This document shows positions 8,870-18,350 of a stretch of 50,767 bases of DNA, one piece after another (within the stretch, counting starts at the first letter, position 1; every line of letters starts with the position of its first letter). Source of the stretch: Candidatus Micrarchaeota archaeon (GTDB lineage Archaea > Micrarchaeota > Micrarchaeia > Micrarchaeales > CABMGC01); contig DAHVUT010000026.1 of assembly GCA_027328425.1 (NCBI GenBank), forward strand, positions 1 through 50,767, written 5' to 3'. The notes beneath the pieces were generated by a model. That model was not told the DNA's origin. It was given only the letters and a program-made list of their open reading frames with translations, and did no database searches. Made by a program: the position numbers and the translations under genes.

Positions 8870-10318
8870 TTGAGCGAACCTGTGATCAACACGATATTGA
8901 CTGGGCGCAAGCTTATAGCGTTCGCCATAGTATGGGACGTAATCTTCACTGCAGCAGTGCCTTTCATGAACCTCGGATACAGCGTAAACTCTGCAAATCT
9001 CAACTATGCGTCAATGGGCTACAGGGCGGTAATGTACCTTCACGGGCTTCTTGTCGCGTACGTTGCCACGCTTGCACTCATAGTCTGTGAACTCTTCACA
9101 ATAAACGGACGAAGCATGCAGGGGCATGCAAGGGCGGTGATAAGATACAGCGCCCTCTTCGGGGTGCTGCTGGGAGGAATAGGCGGCATAGTGAACTTTG
9201 GCTACATAAACGCTTCCGGAATCGGCATAATCAACGACATGCCCACGTGGATTCAGATAGCATCGTTTTTGGCGCTTGACGAGATGGCGGTTGCGCTTCT
9301 CGCTTTTTTGGTCACAGCTCCGAAGTCTGCTGGTGTAGGATACAAGAATGCCGGCCTGCCCTACTATCTTCTCACGCTGAGCGTTGCCTCCGCGCTGATA
9401 GGCGCAATCATGGGACATCTCGGCGGCTGGATAATAGCTTTCGGCAATCTGCCCGCGCCTTTCAGCGGCTATGCCTCATGGCTGGGGCTGGATACGACCA
9501 CCTTTGCCGCAAATCTTGTCGGAAGCCATTCGCACGAGATGGCTGTGGCGCTAATGGCCGGCATAGTCGCGCTTACAGCGCAGCGCTTCGGCTATTCCAG
9601 GCTTGGAAAGAAAGGCAGGTCTCTGGCACGCTTGGGGCTTGCTGTAGCAATAACCGGCGTGATACTGATGACAGGCGTATACGTGGCTGCGGGCGCTTAC
9701 AACTATTCCATACCCACACTCTTTGTCTCGGGGCCCAACGGCGCCAACGGCATAGCTTTTGACGATCTGCTTACTGGACTGGTCGGCATGGGGGCGCTGC
9801 TGCTGGCCATAGCGCTCATTGGGCCATGGTACAGAAAGGTTTATGGAAGCAATCCGGCAAAAGCAGCGGTGCTCACCACATGGATCATAGCGATACTTAC
9901 CGTACCGGTGCTGGGCTACTGGATAGAGATGAACGAGTCGTTCTATGGCGCGGGTGGGAGCATAGCAGGGGCTGCTGGTGCGGCAACTGACGCAACATAC
10001 ATGATTTTCCACCAGCAGCTTGCATTCTTCGTCATGCCGGCTCTTGCAGCTGCTATCCTAGCGATGGATTACTACCTGAAGTCTGAAAGGAAGAAAAAGA
10101 TACTGAGCCTGGCTGCTATAGGTGGAAGCTGGCTGTCGTTCGCTGGAGGCATTTCATACGTCTTCGTAAGCCCCGCTGGCGCCAACATTTTCCTTGTTTT
10201 GGAATATGCCGGCGCGGCGGTTATAGCGCTGAGTGCGCTCGTAGTGGCGCTCTACCTTTTTGGGGCGCTGGAAGACAGGGATGCTCTCGGCGGGCAGCAA
10301 CCGCCTACTGCCACCTAA
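8870..10318 (+). CDS. polytopic membrane protein of unknown function (about 12 TM, six His)
   Basis: 482-aa ORF with a TTG start in the track; the first ATG is codon 33 at 8966. About 12 hydrophobic segments. His at residues 58, 86, 183, 220, 222 (GSHSHEM) and 381. Confidence 0.6.
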   Translation: MSEPVINTILTGRKLIAFAIVWDVIFTAAVPFMNLGYSVNSANLNYASMGYRAVMYLHGLLVAYVATLALIVCELFTINGRSMQGHARAVIRYSALFGVLLGGIGGIVNFGYINASGIGIINDMPTWIQIASFLALDEMAVALLAFLVTAPKSAGVGYKNAGLPYYLLTLSVASALIGAIMGHLGGWIIAFGNLPAPFSGYASWLGLDTTTFAANLVGSHSHEMAVALMAGIVALTAQRFGYSRLGKKGRSLARLGLAVAITGVILMTGVYVAAGAYNYSIPTLFVSGPNGANGIAFDDLLTGLVGMGALLLAIALIGPWYRKVYGSNPAKAAVLTTWIIAILTVPVLGYWIEMNESFYGAGGSIAGAAGAATDATYMIFHQQLAFFVMPALAAAILAMDYYLKSERKKKILSLAAIGGSWLSFAGGISYVFVSPAGANIFLVLEYAGAAVIALSALVVALYLFGALEDRDALGGQQPPTAT

Positions 10319-10361
10319 GAAATAAAACGTATAAATCATTTGGTTGTATCTCGCTTAGCTG

Positions 10362-11012
10362 ATGCGCATGGATGTCCTTTCTGTAGAGATTGCGACAATC
10401 GTGTTCCTAGCGCTTAGTTCAATACTCTCCCTGTACCTGACCAAGAATTATCTTGCGGAGAGGAAAAGGAATTACCTTTACTGGAGCATCGGGTTGTGGC
10501 TCTTCGCGCTCAGCGATCTTTTTGAAGCGGCCTTCGCTTTCGGGGCATACAGCCAGCCGGCCGGGCAGGCATACCTCTTCCTTACCGCGTTTCTAACCAT
10601 ACCGATAGCCACGGGATCCCTCACGCTTCTCAATTCCAGGCGTGGGATGATGGCTTACATTGCATATTCCGCAGCCACCTCATTGTTGCTCATCTACTAT
10701 ACGTTCACCACTGCTGTCGGCAACATAGTAGTTGACTCTGTGGTCAGCGGCAGCATACCTGTGAGCATAATACTCTGGTCTTCTGCAATAACCTTCCCCG
10801 CTCTGGCCATAATAGTGGCTGTTGCCGCGTGGTCTTACTTCAGGACAAGGAGGAAGAAGCTGTTGTGGATAATACTTGGCATGCTGACATTCGCGTCCGG
10901 GGGCGTGCTCTACGTCGCCTCATTCCCGGCCTCAATATACTACACTGAGTTCGCGGGTCTGGTAATGCTGTGGCTTGGGTTCTTTGATTTTGGCACACTG
11001 AGGCGGAGCTGA
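10362..11012 (+). CDS. hypothetical membrane protein (6-7 TM)
   Basis: 216-aa ORF that is almost entirely hydrophobic. Same strand and close spacing to the flanking membrane-protein genes. Confidence 0.55.
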   Translation: MRMDVLSVEIATIVFLALSSILSLYLTKNYLAERKRNYLYWSIGLWLFALSDLFEAAFAFGAYSQPAGQAYLFLTAFLTIPIATGSLTLLNSRRGMMAYIAYSAATSLLLIYYTFTTAVGNIVVDSVVSGSIPVSIILWSSAITFPALAIIVAVAAWSYFRTRRKKLLWIILGMLTFASGGVLYVASFPASIYYTEFAGLVMLWLGFFDFGTLRRS

Positions 11013-11068
11013 GAATTCAATGGCCAAACTTTAAGAGTGTTGGGAAGTTATCATAGTACGGTGTTGCG

Positions 11069-11614
11069 ATGCGCCTGCCAGGGGTTGGAATCCACGTGGA
11101 TAATTGGTTCGTCAGGAACGCAGGATTCTTCACAAGGTCGGTAGAGGTGCTGTTTGGCTTGATATGGCTTGCGGACGCGAGCCTGAAGTTTCAACCCGGA
11201 TTCGCAAACTCGTTCAGCGACCTGATAGCGGGGAGCGCAGCCGGACAACCGGCATGGCTGCAGGGCTGGTTCAGCTTTTGGGTCAGTGTCACCTTGCCAA
11301 ACCCAACGCTTTTCGCCTACTTTGTCAGCCTTTGCGAACTTGCACTTGCGCTTGCCCTGATTCTCGGATTTATGAGGAAAACCACCTATGCCGGCGGCAT
11401 GCTCTTCAGCATGATAATCTGGTCCGTGCCCGAAGGCTTCGGTGGGCCCTACGGGCCCGGCTCTACCGACATCGGCACTGGCGTGATATATGCGATTGTA
11501 TTCCTGCTGCTTCTCGGACTGAACGCGATGGACAGGAACAACGATTACACGCTTGACAAGATTATAGAAAAACACGTGAAGTGGTGGAGCACTCTGGCGG
11601 AACTTAAAAGGTAA
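11069..11614 (+). CDS. DoxX/DoxD-like membrane protein
   Basis: Four hydrophobic segments with an SVPEGFGGPYGPG loop that resembles the DoxD/DoxX family. Assignment from memory. Confidence 0.5.
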   Translation: MRLPGVGIHVDNWFVRNAGFFTRSVEVLFGLIWLADASLKFQPGFANSFSDLIAGSAAGQPAWLQGWFSFWVSVTLPNPTLFAYFVSLCELALALALILGFMRKTTYAGGMLFSMIIWSVPEGFGGPYGPGSTDIGTGVIYAIVFLLLLGLNAMDRNNDYTLDKIIEKHVKWWSTLAELKR

Positions 11615-11686
11615 AGCTTCCTATTTTGCTTCTTGAGCCGCCCGAATTAGATATATAAGTCTTAGATTGGTAGGTTATCTGATTCG

Positions 11687-13468
11687 ATGCTTTTTGAGGA
11701 GGTCGCCAATTATTACGACAAGCTCGAGAGCACATCGTCCAGGCTCACGATGATAGACGTACTTACAGAGATGCTCTTGAAGGCGAAGAAGGGCGAGGTC
11801 AGGGACATAATATACATGACGCTCGGCACGCCGGCCCCCGCTTTCAAGGGCATAGATCTCGGCATGGCTGAAAAGCTGGCCGAGGAGGCAATCGCCACGG
11901 CCACGGGCGAAAGCAGGGAGAGCGTGGACAGGAGCTTCAAGAAGACAGGCGACCTCGGAACAAGCGCGGAGCAGATGGTGAGCACGGGCAGGCTCAGGCG
12001 CATGGGCAGCGGCAAGTTCGATGTCGGAGACGTCATGGGCACGATGCTCAAAATCGCGGGCACTTCGGGCCCGGGCAGCAAGGACGCAAAGATAAAACTG
12101 CTCGCGAACCTCATAGCTGCAAGCAGGCCCGTGGAGGCAAGGTACATAGTGCGCTTTGCGCTCGGAGAGCTTAGGCTCGGGGCCGGAGACGCTACAATAC
12201 TCGAGGCGCTGTCGCAGGCGGCGACCGGCGACAGGGAGTTCAAAGACAAGCTGGAGGAAGCGTACAACATCTGCAGCGACCTCGGCCTCGTGGGCGAGAC
12301 GCTGATGCGCGAGGGGAAAAAGGGCATAGAGGAGTTCAAGGTCACTCTCTTCGAGCCGATAAGGCCCGCGCTGGCAGAGAGACTGCCTACGGCCGAGGAG
12401 ATACTCGCAAGGATGAACGGCAGGTGCGCCGTCGAGAGCAAGTACGACGGGCTGCGGACGCAGGTGCACATGGACAGGGCTAAGAAACGCGTTGAGATAT
12501 TCTCAAGGAGGCTGGAACGTGTCACCGACATGTTCCCGGAGCTCACGCAGGCTGCACTGAAGGAGGTGCACGCGGATAGCGCCATACTCGACGGCGAAGC
12601 GATCGCGTACGACGAAGCTACGAACCAGTTCCACCCGTTCCAGGAGACGATGCAGCGCAAGAGGAAGCACGGCATAGAGGAGAAGAGCGAGGAACTGCCT
12701 CTGCACCTCTTTGCGTTCGACCTGCTGTACCTCAACGGCGAGAGCTACCTGAACAGGCGTTATGCAGAGCGGCGCGATGAGCTCGAACGCGTAGTCAAGG
12801 GCGACGGAACCATAAGGTTCTCAGACCGCATCATTGCAGAAAAGCCAGCAGCGCTCGACAAATACTTCGACGAGGCTGTGGAGGACGGCCTGGAAGGGAT
12901 AGTCGCCAAGGACCTCGGGGCGCCGTATATCGCAGGCGCCAGGAAGTTCAGCTGGATAAAGATGAAGAGGAGCTACAAGGGCGAGCTCGAGGATACGGTA
13001 GACCTCGTGGCAGTGGGCTACTACAGGGGCAAGGGCATAAGGACTGAGTTCGGCTTCGGCGGCATACTCGCCGCAGTCTACGATGACAAGAGGGACATGT
13101 TCGAGACAATTACCAGGATAGGCACAGGCTTCACCGAGGGGATGATGCGCACATTCAAGAGCACGCTCGAGAAGACAAGGGTGGCAAAGAAGCCTGCGCG
13201 CGTCGATGCGCTGGTAGAGCCCGACTTCTGGATAGAGCCCAGGTACGTGGTTACGGTCAAGGCTGACGAGATAACGAAGTCGCCGATGCACACCGCAGGG
13301 AGGCACAGGGAGGGCGAGGGCGAGGTGGGCTACGCCCTGCGGTTCCCGAGGATTGTCGGCGGAGGGATAAGGGAGGACAAGAGCCCCGAGGACGCCACTA
13401 CTGCGAATGAGATAGAGGAGATGTTCAAGCAGCAGAGGAAGACAAAGATAAGCGAAGCTGCACCGTAA
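11687..13468 (+). CDS. lig: ATP-dependent DNA ligase
   Basis: Adenylation motif I ESKYDGLR, plus EGIVAK and the SWIKMKR motifs. An ATATATAAG TATA box lies about 30 nt upstream, suggesting a leaderless transcript. Confidence 0.9.
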   Translation: MLFEEVANYYDKLESTSSRLTMIDVLTEMLLKAKKGEVRDIIYMTLGTPAPAFKGIDLGMAEKLAEEAIATATGESRESVDRSFKKTGDLGTSAEQMVSTGRLRRMGSGKFDVGDVMGTMLKIAGTSGPGSKDAKIKLLANLIAASRPVEARYIVRFALGELRLGAGDATILEALSQAATGDREFKDKLEEAYNICSDLGLVGETLMREGKKGIEEFKVTLFEPIRPALAERLPTAEEILARMNGRCAVESKYDGLRTQVHMDRAKKRVEIFSRRLERVTDMFPELTQAALKEVHADSAILDGEAIAYDEATNQFHPFQETMQRKRKHGIEEKSEELPLHLFAFDLLYLNGESYLNRRYAERRDELERVVKGDGTIRFSDRIIAEKPAALDKYFDEAVEDGLEGIVAKDLGAPYIAGARKFSWIKMKRSYKGELEDTVDLVAVGYYRGKGIRTEFGFGGILAAVYDDKRDMFETITRIGTGFTEGMMRTFKSTLEKTRVAKKPARVDALVEPDFWIEPRYVVTVKADEITKSPMHTAGRHREGEGEVGYALRFPRIVGGGIREDKSPEDATTANEIEEMFKQQRKTKISEAAP

Positions 13469-13542
13469 ACAAGGCGAAGCCCGCTTAGACGATAGGCGTA
13501 TCATATCAAAAATGGCTTAAAGCCAGGGAGCCGAGCAACTGC

Positions 13543-14283
13543 ATGGGCGATACTGCAATAGCACGGAGCACTGCATCTGCGCATCACGTCGGGTTTGCGC
13601 ACAAAGACGTGGGCGCGCCTCAGAAGACAGCGAAGCAGTTTGATCGCACGGTGCTGTTTGTGGATATGGACGGCACTACGTTGAATTCACTAGGGCCTAT
13701 AGCAAACAAGCATCTTGATTACGTATTCGACATACTGCACATGCCAGAAACTCTAAGAGAACACCGTTATGTGCGCGCTATTTTCGCAAATGTGCTGCTC
13801 CCGCTCTATGAGATGCAGAAGAAGGACAAGGATGGCGTGAACGGCGGTGTGCTCAACGGAGTCAAGCCGCACGACAACATGCTAAAAATAATGCGTAGAT
13901 TCGAGAAGGAAGTCACTATAATAGGGTTCACTGGAAACGAAAACGCCAATCCGAGCAATGGAAATCTAGAGAAGATGCTGAAGAAGCTCCATGAGAAAGG
14001 GATGGATAACGGGATTGTCTATTGCCCTTCTGATGAAAAGTCGAGCTACATACGGAAGTACATGGAGGAAAACGAGACAGCAAGAGTGATCTGGATAGAG
14101 GATAGCACAGTGGCCTTGAAGGACGCAATCCGCGATGGCCTCAGGGGGAACTTCCTGCTTGCGGGGGACTGGTTTAACTTTATTCCTGCAAAGATTGCAG
14201 AGAAGATGCGCATTGTCGGGGTCGGGTACATAAAGGACTACGAGTCTATGGAGAAAGCGATTGGCAAAGCAATAAGGACTTAA
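13543..14283 (+). CDS. HAD-superfamily hydrolase-like protein
   Basis: HAD motif I FVDMDGTT and motif IV-like WIEDS. GC looks lower than the neighbouring genes by eye. Confidence 0.5.
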   Translation: MGDTAIARSTASAHHVGFAHKDVGAPQKTAKQFDRTVLFVDMDGTTLNSLGPIANKHLDYVFDILHMPETLREHRYVRAIFANVLLPLYEMQKKDKDGVNGGVLNGVKPHDNMLKIMRRFEKEVTIIGFTGNENANPSNGNLEKMLKKLHEKGMDNGIVYCPSDEKSSYIRKYMEENETARVIWIEDSTVALKDAIRDGLRGNFLLAGDWFNFIPAKIAEKMRIVGVGYIKDYESMEKAIGKAIRT

Positions 14284-14323
14284 CTTTGATTAGCGAGAAA
14301 CCCCACACCCTTTACGGGTGGGA
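14281..14323 (+). repeat. solo copy of the TnpB-element left-end hairpin motif
   Basis: TAACTTTGATTAGCGAGAAACCCCACACCCTTTACGGGTGGGA matches 22987-23029 at about 36 of 43 positions (about 84 percent). It contains the imperfect hairpin CCCAC(A)CCC-TTTAC-GGGTGGG. Confidence 0.6.
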
Positions 14324-14541
14324 GCATGCCACAGCAAGCTGCACCATTTTCATTTACTTTTAGGCGATTTCGCATACGCCAGTACACGCTATTTGCCCTA
14401 ACTAAAGCTAAATTTCTTTTACATTGGTATAATATATACACATTGTGTATCTAATACTATACCAGGTACCATGCTGTTCCCGTAATTTGCGGAATGCAGA
14501 AACTATTTAAACTTAATCGCAATAGCATAATTGGCGATCAG

Positions 14542-15579
14542 ATGACGGACTTTACCACAGAGATACTGGGTACCGGAGGGCAGAACGCTGTTTCTGAAAT
14601 AAAGATAGTGACTATCGGAGTTGGCGGGGGCGGAAACAACACCGTCAACCGTTTGCTGAAGGTTGGAGTTAAGGGCACCGAGCTCGTAGCTATCAACACG
14701 GATGCGAACCACTTCAAGATAATAGACGATAGGATAAAGAAGATGCTCATAGGCAAGACCATAACGAAGGGCCTTGGCGCGGGAGGCGACCCCACCATAG
14801 GCATGAAGGCCGCAGAGGTGGACAGGCAGGCGCTTGAGGAGATGCTGAACGGGGCGCACCTCGTGTTCCTCTGTGCTGGAATGGGAGGCGGCACAGGCAC
14901 TGGAGCCGCGCCTGTCATAGCGCAGATCGCAAAGGAGGCCGGGGCCATAGTGGTGGCCATGGTCACATACCCGTTCGACCTGGAGCGCGTAAGGAAGGTG
15001 AAGGCCGAGGAGGGCATCCAGCAGCTGCGCAAGCACTGCGACAGCGTGGTGATAATAGACAACAACAGGCTGGTGAAGCTTGTGCCAAACCTGCCGATGA
15101 ACGAAGCGTTCGCAGTTGCGGATGATGTGCTCGCCAAGGCGATAGGGGGCCTGGTGTGGACTATAACGCAGCCGAGCCTGATCAACATCGACTTCGCGGA
15201 TGTGAAGGCGATAATGGGAAGCGGAGACATAGGCTTCATATCAGTAGGCACGGGCAAGGGCACCGACAAGGTGACAAGCGCGAGCGAGGCCGTCATAAAG
15301 AACAAGCTGCTGGACGTGAGCTTTGAGAACGCGAAGGGCGCTCTCATACACATCTCTGGCGCATCGGACCTCACGCTTGGAGACGCGATAAAGGCTGGAG
15401 ACATAATAACGGAGCAGATGGATCCGAAGGCCACCGTCAAGTGGGGCGCCAGGATAGTGCCCGGCTTCGAGGGCCAGCTCGAGATAGTCGCGATAGTCAC
15501 AGGCGTCAAGGGCGAGAGCATACTGGGAAGGTTCGCGGAGAAGAAGGAAACAAGCTACTCGGGCCTGGACGCCATATGA
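14542..15579 (+). CDS. ftsZ: cell division GTPase FtsZ (paralog 1)
   Basis: GGGGNNTVNRL, GLGAGGDP and the tubulin signature GMGGGTGTGAAPV. The start is moved to ATG 14542 because the upstream 16 codons lie in repeat-like AT-rich sequence. Confidence 0.9.
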   Translation: MTDFTTEILGTGGQNAVSEIKIVTIGVGGGGNNTVNRLLKVGVKGTELVAINTDANHFKIIDDRIKKMLIGKTITKGLGAGGDPTIGMKAAEVDRQALEEMLNGAHLVFLCAGMGGGTGTGAAPVIAQIAKEAGAIVVAMVTYPFDLERVRKVKAEEGIQQLRKHCDSVVIIDNNRLVKLVPNLPMNEAFAVADDVLAKAIGGLVWTITQPSLINIDFADVKAIMGSGDIGFISVGTGKGTDKVTSASEAVIKNKLLDVSFENAKGALIHISGASDLTLGDAIKAGDIITEQMDPKATVKWGARIVPGFEGQLEIVAIVTGVKGESILGRFAEKKETSYSGLDAI

Positions 15580-15586
15580 TACTAGG

Positions 15587-16612
15587 GTGTTATGGGTGGC
15601 AGACGAGTTTGACTACGACGCATTCACGCCGAAAGTTGCTGTAGCAGGAGTCGGAGGAGCCGGGAGCAACCTTGTGAACAGGCTCTTCAGCAACAACATC
15701 AAGAGCGCCACGACCATAGCTGTGAACACCGACCTTGCGCACCTCAACATGATAAAGGCGCACAAGAAGGTGCTCATAGGCAGGGAGCTCACAAGCGGCC
15801 TCGGGGCCGGAGGCTTCCCCGAAGTGGCTGCCAAGTGCGCAGACATGAGCAAGGGGGACCTGGAGAAAGTGCTCGAGGGCTACAACCTTGTGTTCGTAGC
15901 CGCTGGAATGGGAGGCGGCACAGGCACCGGAGCCGCGCCAGTGGTCGCAAGGACGGCCAGGGAACTCGGCGCCACGGTCATAGCCACGGTGACGTACCCG
16001 TTCGCGCTCGAGAGGAGCAGGAAGCAAAAGGCGGAGTGGGGCATAGAGCAGCTGAGCAAGGAAGCGGATGCTGTCATAGTGGTGGAGAACGAAAAGCTGC
16101 TTGAGTACGTGCCAAACCTGCCGATGGAGAAGGCATTCGAGCTTTCGGACAACATAACAGGCAATGCGGTCAAGGGCATAGCGGACACCATAATGCTGCC
16201 GAGCCTGATCAACCTGGACTTCGCCGACCTGAGGACCGTTGTCAAGGAGACAGGCACAGCGGTGATAAGCATAGGCACGGGCATGGGAACGGATAGGGTG
16301 GCGCAGGCGGTGAGGAGCACGCGCACGCACCCGCTGCTCACAGTGGACTATGAGGGCGCAAAGGGCGCGCTCATACACGTGTCCGGAGGCAGCGACCTAA
16401 CCATAGAAGAAGCCACAAGGATCGGAGAGGGCGTTACAGAGGAGCTCGCTGCTGACGCGAACGTCATATTCGGAGCCAGGCTGATACCCGAGCTCCGCGA
16501 CCAGATAAGGGTCATGTCCATAGTCACTGGCGTCAAGGCGAAATTCGGAGTGAGGAGGAAGGTAGAGGAGACGGAGCGCCTGAGGATGGAGGCACTGGAG
16601 CAGATACTGTAG
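15587..16612 (+). CDS. ftsZ: cell division GTPase FtsZ (paralog 2)
   Basis: GGAGSNLVNRL, GLGAGGFP, GMGGGTGTGAAPV. GTG start lies 7 nt after the paralog 1 stop. Confidence 0.9.
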   Translation: MLWVADEFDYDAFTPKVAVAGVGGAGSNLVNRLFSNNIKSATTIAVNTDLAHLNMIKAHKKVLIGRELTSGLGAGGFPEVAAKCADMSKGDLEKVLEGYNLVFVAAGMGGGTGTGAAPVVARTARELGATVIATVTYPFALERSRKQKAEWGIEQLSKEADAVIVVENEKLLEYVPNLPMEKAFELSDNITGNAVKGIADTIMLPSLINLDFADLRTVVKETGTAVISIGTGMGTDRVAQAVRSTRTHPLLTVDYEGAKGALIHVSGGSDLTIEEATRIGEGVTEELAADANVIFGARLIPELRDQIRVMSIVTGVKAKFGVRRKVEETERLRMEALEQIL

Positions 16613-16667
16613 CCCCTGCCTTTTATTAACTTTCGTTGCCCAGTACCCTAGCTTTTACAGTGATTTT

Positions 16668-17078
16668 TTGGCAGACGAGACAGGCTACAATCTGAAATCC
16701 GCAAGGGAGATAGGCAAGGGGAGCTTCGTAATAATAGACGGGATACCGTGCAGGGTGGTTAACGTGGAGACGTCAGCTCCTGGAAAGCACGGTGCGAGCA
16801 AGGCGAGGATAACGGCCATAGGCGTATTCGACGGCTCCAAGAAGACGCTGCTGCTGAGCGGACACTCCGAAGTGCCCGTGCCCGAGATACTGAAAAAGAG
16901 GGCGCAGGTGGTCTCGATAACTGAGAGCACGGCACAGCTCATGGACCTGGATACGTACGACATATTCGAGGTGCCCATACCCGAGGAACTCAGGGGGCAG
17001 ATAAAGGCAGGAGGGGAGGTAGAGACTATAGAGGCCATGGGCAAGCGGGCCATAATGAAGGTAGTGGGAGGTTCTTGA
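16668..17078 (+). CDS. translation initiation factor 5A (aIF5A)
   Basis: Hypusination loop SAPGKHGASKARI. TTG start with no upstream in-frame ATG. TTTTATTAA box at about 16621-16637. Confidence 0.85.
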   Translation: MADETGYNLKSAREIGKGSFVIIDGIPCRVVNVETSAPGKHGASKARITAIGVFDGSKKTLLLSGHSEVPVPEILKKRAQVVSITESTAQLMDLDTYDIFEVPIPEELRGQIKAGGEVETIEAMGKRAIMKVVGGS

Positions 17079-17079
17079 G

Positions 17080-17463
17080 ATGGCAATAAAGGACATCAAG
17101 GTGGCTAATGAAGTGCAGAACAAGCAGCTGGGCAGGCGGGAGCTCGTGCTCGAAGTGACCAATGATGGCAGCACGCCCTCGCGCGACGAGCTCAGGGACG
17201 CGATTGCGGACAGGTTCAACATGAAAAGGGAGAACATACTCGTGATAAGCGTGATGCAGGGCTACGGAGAGATGCGCAGCAGCGTGCTGGTTCACGAGTA
17301 CGGCGATGCGAGCGCGAGGAAGCTGGCGCAGGAGCACATAATCGCCAGACACGAGAAGAAGCAGAAGGAGGCCGGAGAGGCCAAGGAGCCGGCGAAGGCG
17401 GACACGCCAAAGGCTGCAGAGAAAACGGAGGAGAAGAAGGGCGAGGCGGAGACGAGCGGGTGA
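17080..17463 (+). CDS. rps24e: 30S ribosomal protein S24e with K/E/A-rich C-terminal tail
   Basis: The LGRRELVLEVTNDGSTPSRDELRDAIA block is typical of S24e. About 35 extra low-complexity residues at the C-terminus. Confidence 0.85.
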   Translation: MAIKDIKVANEVQNKQLGRRELVLEVTNDGSTPSRDELRDAIADRFNMKRENILVISVMQGYGEMRSSVLVHEYGDASARKLAQEHIIARHEKKQKEAGEAKEPAKADTPKAAEKTEEKKGEAETSG

Positions 17464-17467
17464 TTGA

Positions 17468-17617
17468 ATGGCAGAGGCTGTCAAGAAGAAAAAGGAAGTG
17501 AACGCTTACAGGGCGCCCGCAAGGACGTGCAAGAAGTGCGGGGCGCGAATGGCAGAGCACAGCGACAGGTTTGCCTGCGGCAGGTGCGGCTACACCGAGT
17601 TCAAGGAACAAAGGTAG
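17468..17617 (+). CDS. rps27ae: 30S ribosomal protein S27ae (zinc ribbon)
   Basis: Hand translation gives [49 protein letters not shown], with CxxC...CxxC. The S24e-S27ae order is conserved in archaea. Too short (49 aa) for the ORF track. Confidence 0.8.
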   Translation: MAEAVKKKKEVNAYRAPARTCKKCGARMAEHSDRFACGRCGYTEFKEQR

Positions 17618-17623
17618 TGGTTA

Positions 17624-18349
17624 GTGGCCGGAACCGCAAGCGTGCAATCAAAGGCAAAAAAGGCGGCATACTTCGCACTGATACTGTTTTCCATCATGTT
17701 TCTGTTCAGCGTGGCGGCTGAGGGCATTTACTACATGTACCTGCTGGCCACGGGAGCGGGCGCTCAGGCGGCGTACCAGCTGCTCCAATCCAACACCACG
17801 ATGCTGGAATACGTACTCACTGCAGCCACATCATTCTCATTCTCCGCTGCGGCGCTGCTTTACCTGCGTTTCGTAGACAAGAGCAGGAAGCCAGTGCACG
17901 CCAGACTCGGTTTATCGGCAGGCAGGCTCACGCTCGGGAACGTAGGGCTCGGCATCCTGCTCTTCGCGATCGTGCTCGCTTTCGAGGCGCTCGTCTCGGT
18001 GATAGGCGGGGAGGCCGGCATCAGCATACAGACGAACGTGAACCTGCTGCTCGCCGGGGCTCCAACCTGGTTCCTCATTTTCACGGTCTTTATCGCACCC
18101 ATAAACGAGGAGGTGCTCTTCAGGGGCCTCATGGTGCCCAGGATAGGCATAGTCGCGAGCGCGATACTGTTCGCACTGCCGCACATGACGTACGACTCAA
18201 CGTTCGCCATAGAGGTGATAGCCGCCCTGCTTTTTGGCGTGCTGGCAGGCTACGTCTACAAGAGGACTGGTTCGCTCTACGCCAGCATAACGGCCCACAT
18301 GCTCGTCAACGCCCTGCCCGTGCTCACGCTCCTCCTGCTGAGTGCATAG
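17624..18349 (+). CDS. CPBP family intramembrane glutamic endopeptidase (CAAX protease-like)
   Basis: Motif 1 PINEEVLFRG and motif 2 FALPH, followed by a later H (TAHMLVN). Multi-TM protein. Confidence 0.75.
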   Translation: MAGTASVQSKAKKAAYFALILFSIMFLFSVAAEGIYYMYLLATGAGAQAAYQLLQSNTTMLEYVLTAATSFSFSAAALLYLRFVDKSRKPVHARLGLSAGRLTLGNVGLGILLFAIVLAFEALVSVIGGEAGISIQTNVNLLLAGAPTWFLIFTVFIAPINEEVLFRGLMVPRIGIVASAILFALPHMTYDSTFAIEVIAALLFGVLAGYVYKRTGSLYASITAHMLVNALPVLTLLLLSA

Positions 18350-18350
18350 C

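Noticed and set aside
8870-10318. Calling the 12-TM His-bearing protein a heme-copper oxidase subunit I
   Set aside because: It lacks the canonical HH pair (helix VII), the GHPEVY-type helix VI motif and the HxH of helix X in the expected positions. Only a loose resemblance remains, so it is kept as unknown.
14494-14541. Upstream extension of ftsZ1 (MQKLFKLNRNSIIGDQ)
   Set aside because: It lies in AT-rich, repeat-like sequence with no FtsZ similarity. ATG 14542 gives a normal FtsZ N-terminus.
17464-17721. 85-aa ORF in the track after S24e
   Set aside because: It has an Arg/Gly-rich nonsense composition. The +1 frame from ATG 17468 gives a textbook S27ae zinc-ribbon protein ending at 17617, and the rest of the ORF overlaps the CPBP protease gene.
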